Numbered from the stretch's first letter, positions 50,682-64,000 are shown. The stretch: DNA of 64,000 bases from Longimicrobiales bacterium (GCA_965218295.1 CBDCKN010000003.1:192001-256000), one strand, 5' to 3'. The notes: generated by a model from the sequence alone, not told the origin. A program made the numbers and translations.

Positions 50682-51878
50682 GTGAATTCTGTCGTTTTCT
50701 CATCGGTCACCGGCGACGTCACGCCAAAGATGCCCACCGCGTACGTCGAAGGCTACGAAAAGGCCCGTCTCTACGATCAGGCCTTGGCCGATAACTACCT
50801 CAAGCACGTCACCATCGGTGACCCCGAGCTCGACCCGCTCATGGAGGAGCTCTCGGCGGAGTTGTCTCCAGGCGACCTGCACCGGTTCATCGGGGCCGGC
50901 ATAGAGCAGAACGAGGAAGCTCTGCGTCTCGCGCCGCGTGCCTTGCGCGATTTCTTCAAGAACTTCCGGGAGCCTCCGTGGCTCTACTACGAAGGTTTTC
51001 GTCCCGGGGTCCGTGCCTTCCACGAAAACGTGGACCGGATGCTCGCCGCGTTCGTCACGGGAGTGCTGGTGGAAGGCTTTTCGACTCTCATCGCCAAGTC
51101 CTTCAGCATTACCGGGCGAGTGGCGAGCACCAGAAGGCGTCTGCAGCAAAACAACCGCCACATGCTGGAGATCTTCTTTCCTGCCGGCCTGCAGAGAAGC
51201 AGCGAGGGGTGGAAGCTGTCCACGCGCATTCGGTTCGTTCATACCCGTATACGGGGCCTGCTGGCGAAGTCGGATGAATGGAATCACGAAGCCTGGGGGA
51301 CGCCGTTGAGCGCGGCGCACCTGGGTTTCGCAATCTCCGTCTTTTCGAAGCGGCTGCTGGAGTACTCGATGTTGCTGGGCGCCAAATTCAGCAAGGATGA
51401 AAGGAAGAGCGTTCTCGCCGTCTGGCGCTACGCCGGCTACCTCATGGGGATACCAGAAACCATCCTCTATACGAACGCCGAGGAAGCGGAAAAGATGTAC
51501 AAGATCGGCTACCTGTGCGAGCCGCCCCCGGATGCCGATTCTGTAGCCGTCGCCAACTTGTTGATCCAGTCCATTCCAAAGGTTGCGGGCATACAGGACC
51601 CGGCTGAACGGGAGAGATTGGTGGGCTTGGCCTACCGTCTGTCGCGGGGCCTCATCGGCACCGAGCTCGCCGACAGCTTCGACTTTCCACGGGACCCCAA
51701 ATTCGCGACCCTGTTCAAGTACCGGATGCAGCAGCGCTTTCTGCGATTGTTGCGGACCAACAAGATGGTCAGATCGGATAATTTCACCCAGCTTCTCCAG
51801 ATATCGGTGTTCGACGGCGAGGGGCTGAGCTACAAGATGCCCGACCACGTCCACACGTCGCAATCAAACCCGTGGTGA
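50682..51878 (+). CDS. MpaB/rubber oxygenase (Lcp-like, DUF2236) heme protein
   Basis: GDPELD, RIRFVHTRIR, AWGTPLS, VWRYAGYLMGI; start may be ATG 50730. Confidence 0.8.
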   Translation: MNSVVFSSVTGDVTPKMPTAYVEGYEKARLYDQALADNYLKHVTIGDPELDPLMEELSAELSPGDLHRFIGAGIEQNEEALRLAPRALRDFFKNFREPPWLYYEGFRPGVRAFHENVDRMLAAFVTGVLVEGFSTLIAKSFSITGRVASTRRRLQQNNRHMLEIFFPAGLQRSSEGWKLSTRIRFVHTRIRGLLAKSDEWNHEAWGTPLSAAHLGFAISVFSKRLLEYSMLLGAKFSKDERKSVLAVWRYAGYLMGIPETILYTNAEEAEKMYKIGYLCEPPPDADSVAVANLLIQSIPKVAGIQDPAERERLVGLAYRLSRGLIGTELADSFDFPRDPKFATLFKYRMQQRFLRLLRTNKMVRSDNFTQLLQISVFDGEGLSYKMPDHVHTSQSNPW

Positions 51879-52221
51879 CGATCGACTAGCTCCTCGCTCC
51901 CGATCCGAGATAGTCGAAGCGACGACTCTTTCCCTGCTGGACCGCTACGTCGTCGCCACCGTGCGCCACTACTGGATGGTTGCTGCGTTCACTGCCTCGC
52001 TCATGACGGCCCGTGACGACCTGCGCCCTCTTCATCGTCGTTACGAGCGATTGCCTCGTCCTCTTCAGGCACGACAATCCGCAACTCCTCGCGTTCCAGG
52101 CCCTGGAGAATACCTACTCCGCCACCGCGACCGCGCGGTGATTGCCGTTGCACCCTCCGAGAGGGATCGGTGTTGACCGACGCCGTGTGGGTGGCACTCT
52201 ATTCCACCCGGGTTGACTCCC

Positions 52222-52461
52222 TCACCAACTATTGCCATACCGAGGCGCCCCTCCGCGTTCTACGGCACCGATAGCCGGGATCTTCCGGGTTGCACGCTCT
52301 CTCGGGCTGGGCTTGTCGTCGTCACGGCGGGTTCCTTTGCGGGGGTTCCCACCGATGCAGGTTTCATCCGTCTTGCCGATTCCTTGGAGCAAGTGCAGGT
52401 CGTTGCTGGCCGTCGCCGCCCGAATATGTTGCCGCATGTACAAGGACGTCTGCTGCGTCAT
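52222..52461 (-). pseudogene. Degenerate IS1595 transposase fragment
   Basis: QQTSLYMRQHIR...DETCIGGNPRK...IGAVERGG. Confidence 0.75.
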
Positions 52462-52559
52462 ATGCAGTTCATGGGCTACACATCATGGATTGACCTGCCC
52501 TGCCTCGAGTACCGTGGGTTACGCTCGAGGTCAGAGCCACCTTTGAAGCGATTGGCTAT

Positions 52560-52855
52560 GGGCGGTCTCGTCTGATCGGCAAGCTGAGCCCACGCGGGGA
52601 GGTGTTGAGCTTCTGCCACGAAGCCAGCACGTGCGGCTACGGGGTGTACCGGGAGATCATCGCGACCGGGCACCACTGCGCGATGGTGGCGCCGAGCCTG
52701 ATCCCGCGCAAGCCGGGGGGATAGGATGAAGACGGACCGGCGCGACGCGCTGAGTCTGGCGCGTCTTCACCGCGCCGGGGAGTTGAGCGCGGTGTGGGTG
52801 CCGGGACCGGAACAGGAGGTGCTACGCGATCTGACCCGGGCACGCGAAGACATGA
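52560..52855 (+). pseudogene. IS110-family transposase fragment (DEDD domain part)
   Basis: FCHEASTCGYGVYR...[11 protein letters not shown] / [37 protein letters not shown], with a frameshift. Confidence 0.8.
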
Positions 52856-52947
52856 CATCGACCGAAGTCGTATGCACACTGACTTCTCCTCGCCTAGCAT
52901 CTCCGTCGAGCGAAGGCAACTACTGCGCATGCTCAACGTGATCCCCG

Positions 52948-53289
52948 TTAGGACGCGACGGAGAGGGCTGCTTTGCGAGACTCCTTGATGAGAATGATCT
53001 GGCCGAAGCCGCTGACCTGGAAGACTTCCTCGATGTGGTCCTTCATGGAGCAGAGAACGAGCGTTCCGTCCGCCACCCTCAGCGCCTTGGCGGCGATGAG
53101 GAGCACCCGCAAGCCCGAGCTGCTGATGAAGTCGAGGCGACTGAAGTCGACGATCAGGCGCCGCTCTCCGCTGCTGACGCGATCCATGACGATGGATTCG
53201 AACGAGCTGGCGTTTCCGCTGTCCAGTCGTCCAATAGGCACCAGCACCAACACCTCGCCACTGCGTTCCTCGCCGACTTCGATATCCAT
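52948..53289 (-). CDS. STAS anti-anti-sigma factor (RsbV/SpoIIAA-like)
   Basis: GRLDS, DFSRLDFISSSGLRVLL, EVFQVSGF. Confidence 0.92.
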   Translation of the reverse strand: MDIEVGEERSGEVLVLVPIGRLDSGNASSFESIVMDRVSSGERRLIVDFSRLDFISSSGLRVLLIAAKALRVADGTLVLCSMKDHIEEVFQVSGFGQIILIKESRKAALSVAS

Positions 53290-53321
53290 TCGATGCACCC
53301 CTCGTTGCTACGCTGGCCTCG

Positions 53322-53750
53322 TCACGCAGCCTGTGGCGCGAGATCGTGTTCCAGCGTCAGCCGGTTCTTGCCCTCCACGTACTCGTATTTCATGCGGTCG
53401 GCAAACGTCTTGATCAGATGCAGCCCTAAGCCGCCGATCAGCCGATCGTCCACCGCCGATGACAGGTCGGGACTCGTGTCTTGCGTCGGATCAAACTGTT
53501 GGCCGTTGTCCGCCACGGTCAGCACCAGGACGGTACCGTTGACCTGCACGGTGATCTCGATCTTTGGTTGGGCCACGCCTCGAAGGCCGTAGCTCACCGT
53601 ATTGGTGATCAATTCCTCGAGGGCCAGGTTGATCATGTAGATCTTCTGATCCGGCAGATCGTTGGCGTCCCCGAATTCCTCTACCATCTGCGCCAGGCCG
53701 CGTACTGCGGGCAGGCTGGGTGCCAACGAGACGCGCAGTTCATTCATCAT
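53322..53750 (-). CDS. Anti-sigma Ser kinase (RsbW-like HATPase)
   Basis: LALEELITNTVSYG, DNGQQFDP, GGLGLHLI. Confidence 0.92.
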   Translation of the reverse strand: MMNELRVSLAPSLPAVRGLAQMVEEFGDANDLPDQKIYMINLALEELITNTVSYGLRGVAQPKIEITVQVNGTVLVLTVADNGQQFDPTQDTSPDLSSAVDDRLIGGLGLHLIKTFADRMKYEYVEGKNRLTLEHDLAPQAA

Positions 53751-53819
53751 TGCGAACGATCCCTTCCCGTGCAGGCAACCACGCAACTCTAGTCACTGCC
53801 TGGTCGCGGGACAAGGCCC

Positions 53820-54076
53820 GGCCCCTTGACGGCGGACTCGTAGGAAATGCGCTCCGCGAGGCCCTCCACTACGTGCAACCCCGAACCACTGAGGGACCGT
53901 CCCTCCAGCGATGACGTGGCGTCAGGATTCATGTCTCTGCGGCGGATCCAACGGCTGACCGGTGTCCTCCTTCATCAGGGTCGGCGTGCCGCAGTCGCTC
54001 CGCATCGTGATCTGGATCTCGGTTCGGCTTCACCCTCAGGGGCCGTGGCTCACCCCATGGGTGATCAGAGCCTCAA
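53820..54076 (-). pseudogene. Degenerate second RsbW-like HATPase domain
   Basis: LEALITHGVSHG..EIQITM..EDTGQPLDP..SSLEGRSLSGSGLHVVEGLAERISYE, with stops and frameshifts, aligns by eye with the adjacent RsbW. Confidence 0.7.
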
Positions 54077-54098
54077 GTGCGACTCGGGCGGGGCGGCG

Positions 54099-56639
54099 TT
54101 ACCGGCGGCGCAGAACTAGACAGGTCATGTCGTCGGCGGCGGGAGCTCCCGCGGAATAGGCTTCGATCTCCCTCCAGACGTGGCCCACGATCTCTTCGGG
54201 CGAGCGCGCGGATGCGCCGTCGAGCGTCTCCTCTAGCCGCTCCTTACCGAAGAGCTCGCCGCTCATGTTCACCGCGTCCGTGAGTCCGTCCGTGTAGAGG
54301 AAGAGCGAGTCACCGGGGCGCAACTCTTCCTGGCGGCTCTCGTACTCGAAGTCGTCTAACACGCCCATCGGCAGCCCGCGAGTCAGCGGGAGAACTCGCC
54401 GGGAGTCGTCGGGGCCCACCAGGAAAGCAGGCTCATGCCCAGCGCAGACGTATTCCATGACGGCCCGCTCGAGGTCGACGATGGCGAGCATGCCGGTCAC
54501 AAAGAGCCCCATCGGGTTCTCGCTGCAGAGCAGACGGTTCGCTTCGGTGGCGATTACGCCGACGCCGCCGTTCTGGCTCTTGGTGGCCGCAGCGTTGATC
54601 GTGCCCTGCGACACTGCCATGAACAGGGCCGCTGCCACCCCCTTGCCAGAGACGTCGCAAACGCTGAAGAACAGCTGGCCCTCGGACGACTCGAACACGT
54701 CGACGAAGTCGCCGCCCACCTGCTGCGCCGGGGTCATCCGCGCGTAGGCCGCGAAGCCGGCCAAATCCACGTTGCCTTCACGCACTAGTGCGGATTGCAC
54801 CACCCTCGCCATCTCCAGGTCCTGCTCCAGTGCCCGCTGGGCACGGCGCAGGTTGCGGTTGCTCTGCTGGAGCTCCTCGGTCCGCGCCGAGACCATCGTC
54901 TCGAGCTGCTCCTCCCGGTCGAAGACCTGGATCGTCATGGCGTCAAACACCCGTGCTAGGCTCCCCAGCTCGTCGGTCCGTTCCATCACTGGCTCAATCA
55001 AGCCATCGTCCGGCTGCCTGCCCGCTTCCACCTGGCGGGCTGCCGTGGCGATGGCCTCGATGGGCTGCGTCAGCCACCGCGTTCCCCAAAGCGCAGCGGC
55101 GCCGGTAAGAGCGAAGAGGACGAAAGCGATCAGGGTCGTGTTCCGTGCTTCGCCCCGAACCGTGCCGGCGATGTCGTCTAGGCTGACCGCGAGCGCGAGC
55201 CCTCCGATCGGGATCCCTCCTGTATTGATGATCGGTGAGGCGACCCAAATGCCACGGTCGGCGGGCGCCAGCAGGCTCAGGCTAGCCTCGCTCACCACCT
55301 GACCCTGGTCCATGGCCTGCTCCACGACCGATTCAGCCCGGCGCGAGAAGACGCTGGCTGTGCCCACCGTCTGGGTGCCCGACTGTCCGGCCCGCGGCGC
55401 GGACGCAGCCAAGTCGCGGTCAAGATTGACGACCCAGAGCGCCTCCAAATTACGCGATCGGACGAGCAGGTCCGCCTCCCGCTGGTACACGGCATAGAGC
55501 AGGTTGCCCGAGCTACCCTCGATGGGTACGCCAACTTGCACGACCCGCGGCGAGCCGGCGCCGGCAGCCGCCACGTACTTGTAGACCTCGCCGTCCGAGG
55601 CGCGCGGGGCCGTCGCAAATTCCACGCTGCCCTCGGAACCCTCCAGGAGCGGCGTGATCTCCTCCACACGAGGTACGGGTACGTCTGCCCCGCCTTCTAG
55701 CGGCGGAAGCAGACTGGAGTAGGCAACCGAGCCGTCCAGGTCGAGGACCCGGATTTCACCGATGACCGTCGCTCCGGCGATACGTCGCAGTCGGCTGTTG
55801 ATCTCCTCCGCCGTCCAGCCGGCCTCCTCAGCCGCAACGATGAAGTGGCCCGCTATGGTCGCCTGCGCCAGCATGTGCTGACCGACGATCCCCTCGACCA
55901 CGGCCGAAACGTCCGCCCGCTCCGTGGCGTAGACGTTCGTCAAAATCTCCTGCTCACCAAAGTCGAGTGCATTGCCGATCTGCACGATCCGCTCCTGATC
56001 GACTCCGCCGACTCCGACGTACTTGTAGACTTCTTGATCGATCTCCCGGACTTGCGCTGGCTGTGTGATGAAATCGTCGTCGTCGATATCCGATTCGAGG
56101 AGCACGTAGAACTTCGACGCCTGTGGCTGCACCGCCGGATCAGCCTCGAATCGGAAGGGCACGAGCTCCCCGTTCTCATCGCGGACGTTAGTGAGATAGG
56201 AAAAGCCCACATTGTCCGTGATCCAGAACTCGTCCAGCACCGTGCTCGCCAAGATCGCGTCTAGGGTCTCGATGATGCGCCCGGGATCTTGCCCTGCTTC
56301 CTCGGCCGCCGCCACGAGGTGTGCCGCGATGCGGGCCTGTGCGATCATCTGGTCGTCGAGCGTTGCATCGAGCGTACGGGCAACATTGGCCAGCGAGATC
56401 TCACCCATGTCGGCGAAGCTTGCCGCCAGAAGTTCCGCTAGGTGCGTGGCGGCCCCCTCCGCCCCGTCACGAAGCGCGGTGGCGGAGTTGTAGAGCATGG
56501 TGGCAGAGGTCGCGGTGATCGTGACGGTGAGCAGCGTGGCAAGCGCGAGGAAGCCTCGCGCCGCAAGACGCAGTCCCCTCTTTGTCGACCGGATCTCTGT
56601 GGTCGGCGCGTCCTGTGCGTCCGTCGCGTTCTGGTTCAC
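54099..56639 (-). CDS. Membrane sensor PP2C/SpoIIE phosphatase (TM, duplicated sensor domains, TM, HAMP, PP2C)
   Basis: VGGDFVD, DVSGKGVAAAL, AGHEP, LYTDGLTD, DDMT; HAMP (RTDELGSLARVF). Confidence 0.92.
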   Translation of the reverse strand: MNQNATDAQDAPTTEIRSTKRGLRLAARGFLALATLLTVTITATSATMLYNSATALRDGAEGAATHLAELLAASFADMGEISLANVARTLDATLDDQMIAQARIAAHLVAAAEEAGQDPGRIIETLDAILASTVLDEFWITDNVGFSYLTNVRDENGELVPFRFEADPAVQPQASKFYVLLESDIDDDDFITQPAQVREIDQEVYKYVGVGGVDQERIVQIGNALDFGEQEILTNVYATERADVSAVVEGIVGQHMLAQATIAGHFIVAAEEAGWTAEEINSRLRRIAGATVIGEIRVLDLDGSVAYSSLLPPLEGGADVPVPRVEEITPLLEGSEGSVEFATAPRASDGEVYKYVAAAGAGSPRVVQVGVPIEGSSGNLLYAVYQREADLLVRSRNLEALWVVNLDRDLAASAPRAGQSGTQTVGTASVFSRRAESVVEQAMDQGQVVSEASLSLLAPADRGIWVASPIINTGGIPIGGLALAVSLDDIAGTVRGEARNTTLIAFVLFALTGAAALWGTRWLTQPIEAIATAARQVEAGRQPDDGLIEPVMERTDELGSLARVFDAMTIQVFDREEQLETMVSARTEELQQSNRNLRRAQRALEQDLEMARVVQSALVREGNVDLAGFAAYARMTPAQQVGGDFVDVFESSEGQLFFSVCDVSGKGVAAALFMAVSQGTINAAATKSQNGGVGVIATEANRLLCSENPMGLFVTGMLAIVDLERAVMEYVCAGHEPAFLVGPDDSRRVLPLTRGLPMGVLDDFEYESRQEELRPGDSLFLYTDGLTDAVNMSGELFGKERLEETLDGASARSPEEIVGHVWREIEAYSAGAPAADDMTCLVLRRR

Positions 56640-56669
56640 CTCACTCTCCTGTGCGGCAGCGCCCAGACA

Positions 56670-57464
56670 TTACAGACGCCACATCACCCACAACTGTGGG
56701 ACGTTGTCGTCGTTGTTCTCACCCAGCTTGTTCCACCAGTACTGGTACTCGACGCCGACAAAGAGCTGATTGGCACTGTCCGTCAGTGCCTTTCCAATAT
56801 CCCAACCAAGCTGCGGCTGCGCGAGGATCCACCCCTCTACGGCATCACCGAGTTCGTTGGTCGTCCCACCAATGTACTCCGCGTGGCCAGTGAACCAGAA
56901 CGACTGGCTACCGAGATCGAAGGCGGCGCCCCAGCTTACATCGAACATGAAGCTGTCATTCGTCCTCGGCGCACTTCCCTGGTCCACACCGCTGCTGGCA
57001 TCGATGAAGGCAGTTACGTCGGTGTTGAAGAAGATGAAGCCAGGGATGTCCCAGGAGAGTCGCGCACCGGGCAACCACTTGAAGACGTCGGCGTCGCTGT
57101 CGAAGTTAATGCCCCCGATCAGCGCGATATCCCTCACCGGTCCTGCGCCCACCGTCCGGTCCGCGAGCCTACCCAGGCTCAGGGTGGGATACCATTCGCC
57201 GTAGACCTCTATGTCGTTGAATCCGTCCGTGACGCCGTCGTCGAGCAAGTCGATGAAGAAGAAGCTGTCGCCGAGCGACCAGCTCGATGCCTGCTGGAAG
57301 GTCAGGATGTGCGTGTAGTGCTGCGCTCCGTCAAAGGGGTTGGTGAGCTTGCCGTACTGATAGTGAAACTCCGTCTGTGCGGCCGTCCCGACCGGTGCAG
57401 CCGCAAGAACCGCCACAGCGACAAGCCAGCCCCGGAGCGAACCAGTCTGGGTAAGATTCTTCAT
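56670..57464 (-). CDS. Tsx-like nucleoside-specific outer-membrane protein
   Basis: Signal peptide; ILTFQQASSWSLGDSFFFID, YGEW, FTGHAEY, LAQPQL, GVEYQYWWNKLG. Confidence 0.8.
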   Translation of the reverse strand: MKNLTQTGSLRGWLVAVAVLAAAPVGTAAQTEFHYQYGKLTNPFDGAQHYTHILTFQQASSWSLGDSFFFIDLLDDGVTDGFNDIEVYGEWYPTLSLGRLADRTVGAGPVRDIALIGGINFDSDADVFKWLPGARLSWDIPGFIFFNTDVTAFIDASSGVDQGSAPRTNDSFMFDVSWGAAFDLGSQSFWFTGHAEYIGGTTNELGDAVEGWILAQPQLGWDIGKALTDSANQLFVGVEYQYWWNKLGENNDDNVPQLWVMWRL

Positions 57465-57748
57465 GACGAAATGTTACCTACACGAGTTGTCGTGCTTGAC
57501 GGGCTGAAGGTGACTATGCCTTCCTTGTAGGTTAAACTTGCCACATGGCCGCCCGCGACCGCCGGATTTCGAAATTTGCTTGGCCGGGGCTGTGCCGATC
57601 CTATCCGTCCGCGAGAGAATGCACAATGAAACCACCGCTTTACCTGAAGGGGCCCACTAGGGCACACGATCCGTTGTAGCACTAGTGGTTCCTTCTCGAT
57701 GGTCTGGCAGCGTACTGATGCCGGAGCGCGACTAGGAAAACTTACAGA

Positions 57749-58408
57749 ATGCCGAACACGAGAGCATCGGCGGCGGGCGAGAACCCCGCAGAACCCGATG
57801 GGCCGCCCAGCGGAAAAAACATCTGCGTCTACCTGGGCGGCAACCTAGGACGCGAGCAGCGCTATATCGACGAGGCCGAGGCCCTAGGGCGACTGATGGC
57901 GGCCGAGGGCATCGGGCTGGTTTACGGTGGCGGTAGCGTCGGACTGATGGGTGTGCTGGCAAATGCTGTGCTGGAGGGCGGCGGCTTCGTGACCGGTGTG
58001 GTTCCCCGGCAGCTGTCGTACCAGGAACTCGCCCACGAGGGACTCAGCCGTCTCCTCGAAGTCGCCACGATGCACGAGCGCAAACACCTGATGCAGCGGT
58101 TGGCGCAGGGCTGCATCGCTCTACCCGGCGGGTTCGGCACGCTGGAGGAGATCTTCGAAGTCCTGTGCTGGTCACAACGACCGCTGGAGCTGCACGAAAA
58201 GCCGTGCTGCTTCGCCAACATTGACGGCTACTACGACCACCTGTTCGCCTTCCTCGATCGTGCGACCGCACAGGGTCTCTTGCTGCCGCAGAACCGCGCG
58301 CTCGCCAGCCAGGTGCCGAACGCCCCGGCGGCGCTGCGGACGATTCAGACCGCGTGGGACGACGCGGAACAGGCCATGCTCGACGTGATCAAGACATATG
58401 AACGGTAA
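57749..58408 (+). CDS. LOG family nucleotide 5'-monophosphate phosphoribohydrolase (TIGR00730)
   Basis: LVYGGGSVGLMG, MHERK, LPGGFGTLEE. Confidence 0.92.
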   Translation: MPNTRASAAGENPAEPDGPPSGKNICVYLGGNLGREQRYIDEAEALGRLMAAEGIGLVYGGGSVGLMGVLANAVLEGGGFVTGVVPRQLSYQELAHEGLSRLLEVATMHERKHLMQRLAQGCIALPGGFGTLEEIFEVLCWSQRPLELHEKPCCFANIDGYYDHLFAFLDRATAQGLLLPQNRALASQVPNAPAALRTIQTAWDDAEQAMLDVIKTYER

Positions 58409-58656
58409 ACTATTGCCGTCGGCAGCACGGGTCCGCTGGCGTGGGACGCGGGTCTGATTCGCTCGTGCGGTCGAACATCTCTTGGTTCCTCTGTGGCGTC
58501 AGTCTTTCGTTCCGTCCTCCCGGAACTGGCTGCCCTGCCGACATCGATGTCATGCACCGCGGTATAGCCCGTCGCCGCGACCCGTCGGCCGACCTCCGCC
58601 TCACTTAGAAGCACCCTCCGAGGCGGCATCCGGTCGTGCTCGGCCGCGCGCCGCAG

Positions 58657-59730
58657 GAGGTTGGGTCAATAGGTGTGTAAACGTATTAGGCGGCGTTCTT
58701 CCGCTGTTGGTGTGAGACGGGCTTTCCGTCTTCGAACTTTCTTCCTTCAAATACGTCCTTGAGGAGGTGAGGAGCGTCGAGCCTTCGGAACCGCTTCTCA
58801 GCCACCAAGAGCAACTTCCAGATTAGCGCCGTAGCGCTCTCGACCCGCTTGAACCGCTTCGCTGCTGTCGTCCTGAGCCGTACCGCGGCGAACGGGCTCT
58901 CGACCACGTTCGTCGTGCGTAGATGCTTCCAGTGGTCCTCGGGGAAGTCGTAGAACGCTACCATCCGCTCCCAGTCGTCCTCGAGTACGTCCACTGCTTT
59001 CGGATACCACGGCCTATAGCGTCGGGCGAACACCTCGCGGGCCTTCAGGGCCTCGGCCCGGCTCGGTGCGTAGACCACGGCCCGGAGAAGATCCTTCGCC
59101 TCGCCCTGCTCCCGCTGAGGTAGTCGGTCCAGCACGTTCCTCATCTTGTGGTTCCAGCACCGTTGCTCACCCGCCTCAGGCCATACCTGCCGTACTGCGC
59201 CCCAGATCGCAGCGTTACCGTCCGCCATCAGAAGCCGGGGCGCCTCGATGCCGCGTGCCTTCAGGTCCCGCAACACCTCGGACCAGGACTCGACCGACTC
59301 TCGGTAGCCCGCTCTCAGGGCCAACACCTCTTTCGTCCCGTCTCGCATGGCACCCAGCACCACCAGCAGCGCCGCTTTGTCCCGCTCCAGCCCTGCCTTC
59401 ACATAGATCCCGTCCGCCCACACGTAGACGACCTCACGACCCTCCAGGCGACGCTGGCTCCATTCCTCGAACTCCGCCGTCCATCCCGCCCGCAGCCGCC
59501 GAATCGAAGACTTCGACAGCGGTGCCCCCTCGCCCAGCAGGCCCCGCATCGCCAACTCGAAGTCTCCCTCCGCCAGTCCGTGCAGATACAGCTCCGGAAG
59601 CAGAGCGCCCAGCTCCTTCGTCCGCCTCGCGAACAACGGCAGCACGCGGCTCTCGAACCGCTCCTCAAGGCCTCGAACTCGAGGGCGTCGGAGTGTGATC
59701 GTGCCCGAGCTCATCGCCAGCCGCCTCGGC
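58657..59730 (-). mobile_element. Second copy of the IS256 element, inverted and 5'-truncated
   Basis: Translation identical to 49153-50397 from PRRLAMSSG onward; same IRR; IRL and N-terminus missing. Confidence 0.93.
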
Positions 59731-59990
59731 AGAGTACAGATGATGTCATTCACGGCAAGAAATCGTCTAAGTCAACCAGGACTAGCGGTGACAACCGTAA
59801 CCTTTGGTTAGACAATGGTTTATCGTTCATCACAGTGTTCCGTGGATCACTTCAGATATGCAAATATGAGCGGGAATTCGTCGGACCGAATGGGATGGCT
59901 GCGGACGAAGTTCTGGGCGAGGAAGGAAGAGAGACAAGTCGAAACCGGGCGATCTCCCGCCCCCCCAGGAGCGTTTCTTCGGCACAACCT

Positions 59991-63136
<3,146 letters not shown>

Positions 63137-63140
<4 letters not shown>

Positions 63141-64000
63141 GTCACGGACTCCAATGCCATCTCGGCATCGCCTACGCGGATCTCACCCGAAATGAGCTTG
63201 GGGAGCAGCGTGTCGCGGAGGGCGGCGAGAGTAGCAGCTTCGGACCGGTTCTTCAGGATCCGCGCCAACGTACCACCGATCACTTCGCCAAACGTTGTGA
63301 AGGCTCTCGGCGACCCAGTCAAAACCTCACGTGCCTTCAACGCCTTCGGTGGGACGCGCTGATGGCTGTTGGAAGTTCCAGTCACCAAGGACCTGAGCAG
63401 GGCGCGGAAGCGCTGATCCCCAAACAGCGTAAAGAGGAGATTCCTGTTCGCAGGCGATCGCGGCGTGAACACGAGAAACTCCGTTGAGCATATCTGCGGT
63501 CTTGCCGTGGAGTCGGCTGGCACCCAGACACGTGCGATTCTTGGATTAAGCTTGGATAAGAGGACCGCATCCTTCAGTACAACAGTCTTGTTGCTCCTGA
63601 TGGCCGCACCTAGTTCGATAGCAGGGCGTTGGCCTGCGTCATATGCCGGGATGCTGAAGTGCTCATACTCCAATCCGGAGAAACGCGAAGGCGAGGTGGT
63701 TTTCGTGTGGTGATTGGCTAGCTGATCCAAGCGGAAGACCTCCCACCCCTCCGGTATCTTGCCCATCTCGGAGTTCACCAGTCGTTCGGGGAACAGTTCG
63801 GCGATTTCTTGCGGCAATCCCGTATGACGGCCTTCCATCTTCGCCCGGACGGGATCGAAATCGACGAACCAAGACTTGAACAACGCCCGCGCCATCGCCT
63901 CCAGCGTCTCGTTCATCCGACGGTTCAGCTCGATCTTGTCGTCCAGCGTGCCGAGGATGTGGGCGATGGCGAGTTGTTCAGAGAGAGGTGGGAGTGGTAT
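63137..64000 (-). CDS. hsdS: Type I R-M specificity subunit S, 3' part; runs off the window end
   Basis: [66 protein letters not shown]. Confidence 0.95.

Noticed and set aside
52486..52855. Functional IS110 bridge-RNA system
   Set aside because: Only a frameshifted internal transposase fragment is present; I cannot support element ends or a bridge RNA.
49049..59730. Active composite transposon with target duplication
   Set aside because: The outer end of the right copy is missing and no matching flanking repeats were found.

Overview
GC-rich bacterial DNA; gene content and style suggest Gemmatimonadota, which is an inference rather than a search result. Positions ~1-37.7 kb are mostly housekeeping and metabolic genes: POT transporter, thioesterase, ArsR/SRPBCC, FKBP, PQQ dehydrogenase with a cytochrome c, amidase, MBL-LTD hydrolase, YeeE pair, ABC-F, a Liv-type ABC plus acyl-CoA ligase cluster, TrkAH and a DUF5916-like outer-membrane protein. 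Two insertions interrupt this part. One is a 3.9 kb cargo-carrying IS1595 transposon (2341-6219, 8-bp TSD) holding a nested IS3, small passenger ORFs and an unusual tRNA-like RNA next to its right end. The other is a 608-bp internally deleted IS256 derivative that splits a cupin gene. From ~37.75 kb to the end lies a decaying accessory island. It contains a 3.3 kb IS66-family element with 49-bp perfect IRs carrying a DUF4338 (DruA-like) gene, HicAB, an orphan antitoxin, recombinase and IS relics, the 5' half of a class IIC group II intron behind a terminator, a fragmented surface-protein gene, two inverted IS256 copies bracketing an oxygenase plus a Tsx-like OMP/PP2C/RsbW/STAS/LOG module, and a type I R-M system (hsdR, partial hsdS). 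The best candidates for new biology are the tRNA-like RNA inside IS1595 and the two-gene IS66-DUF4338 element. No CRISPR array, rRNA or canonical tRNA was found. All family calls come from motif recognition by eye; no searches were run.
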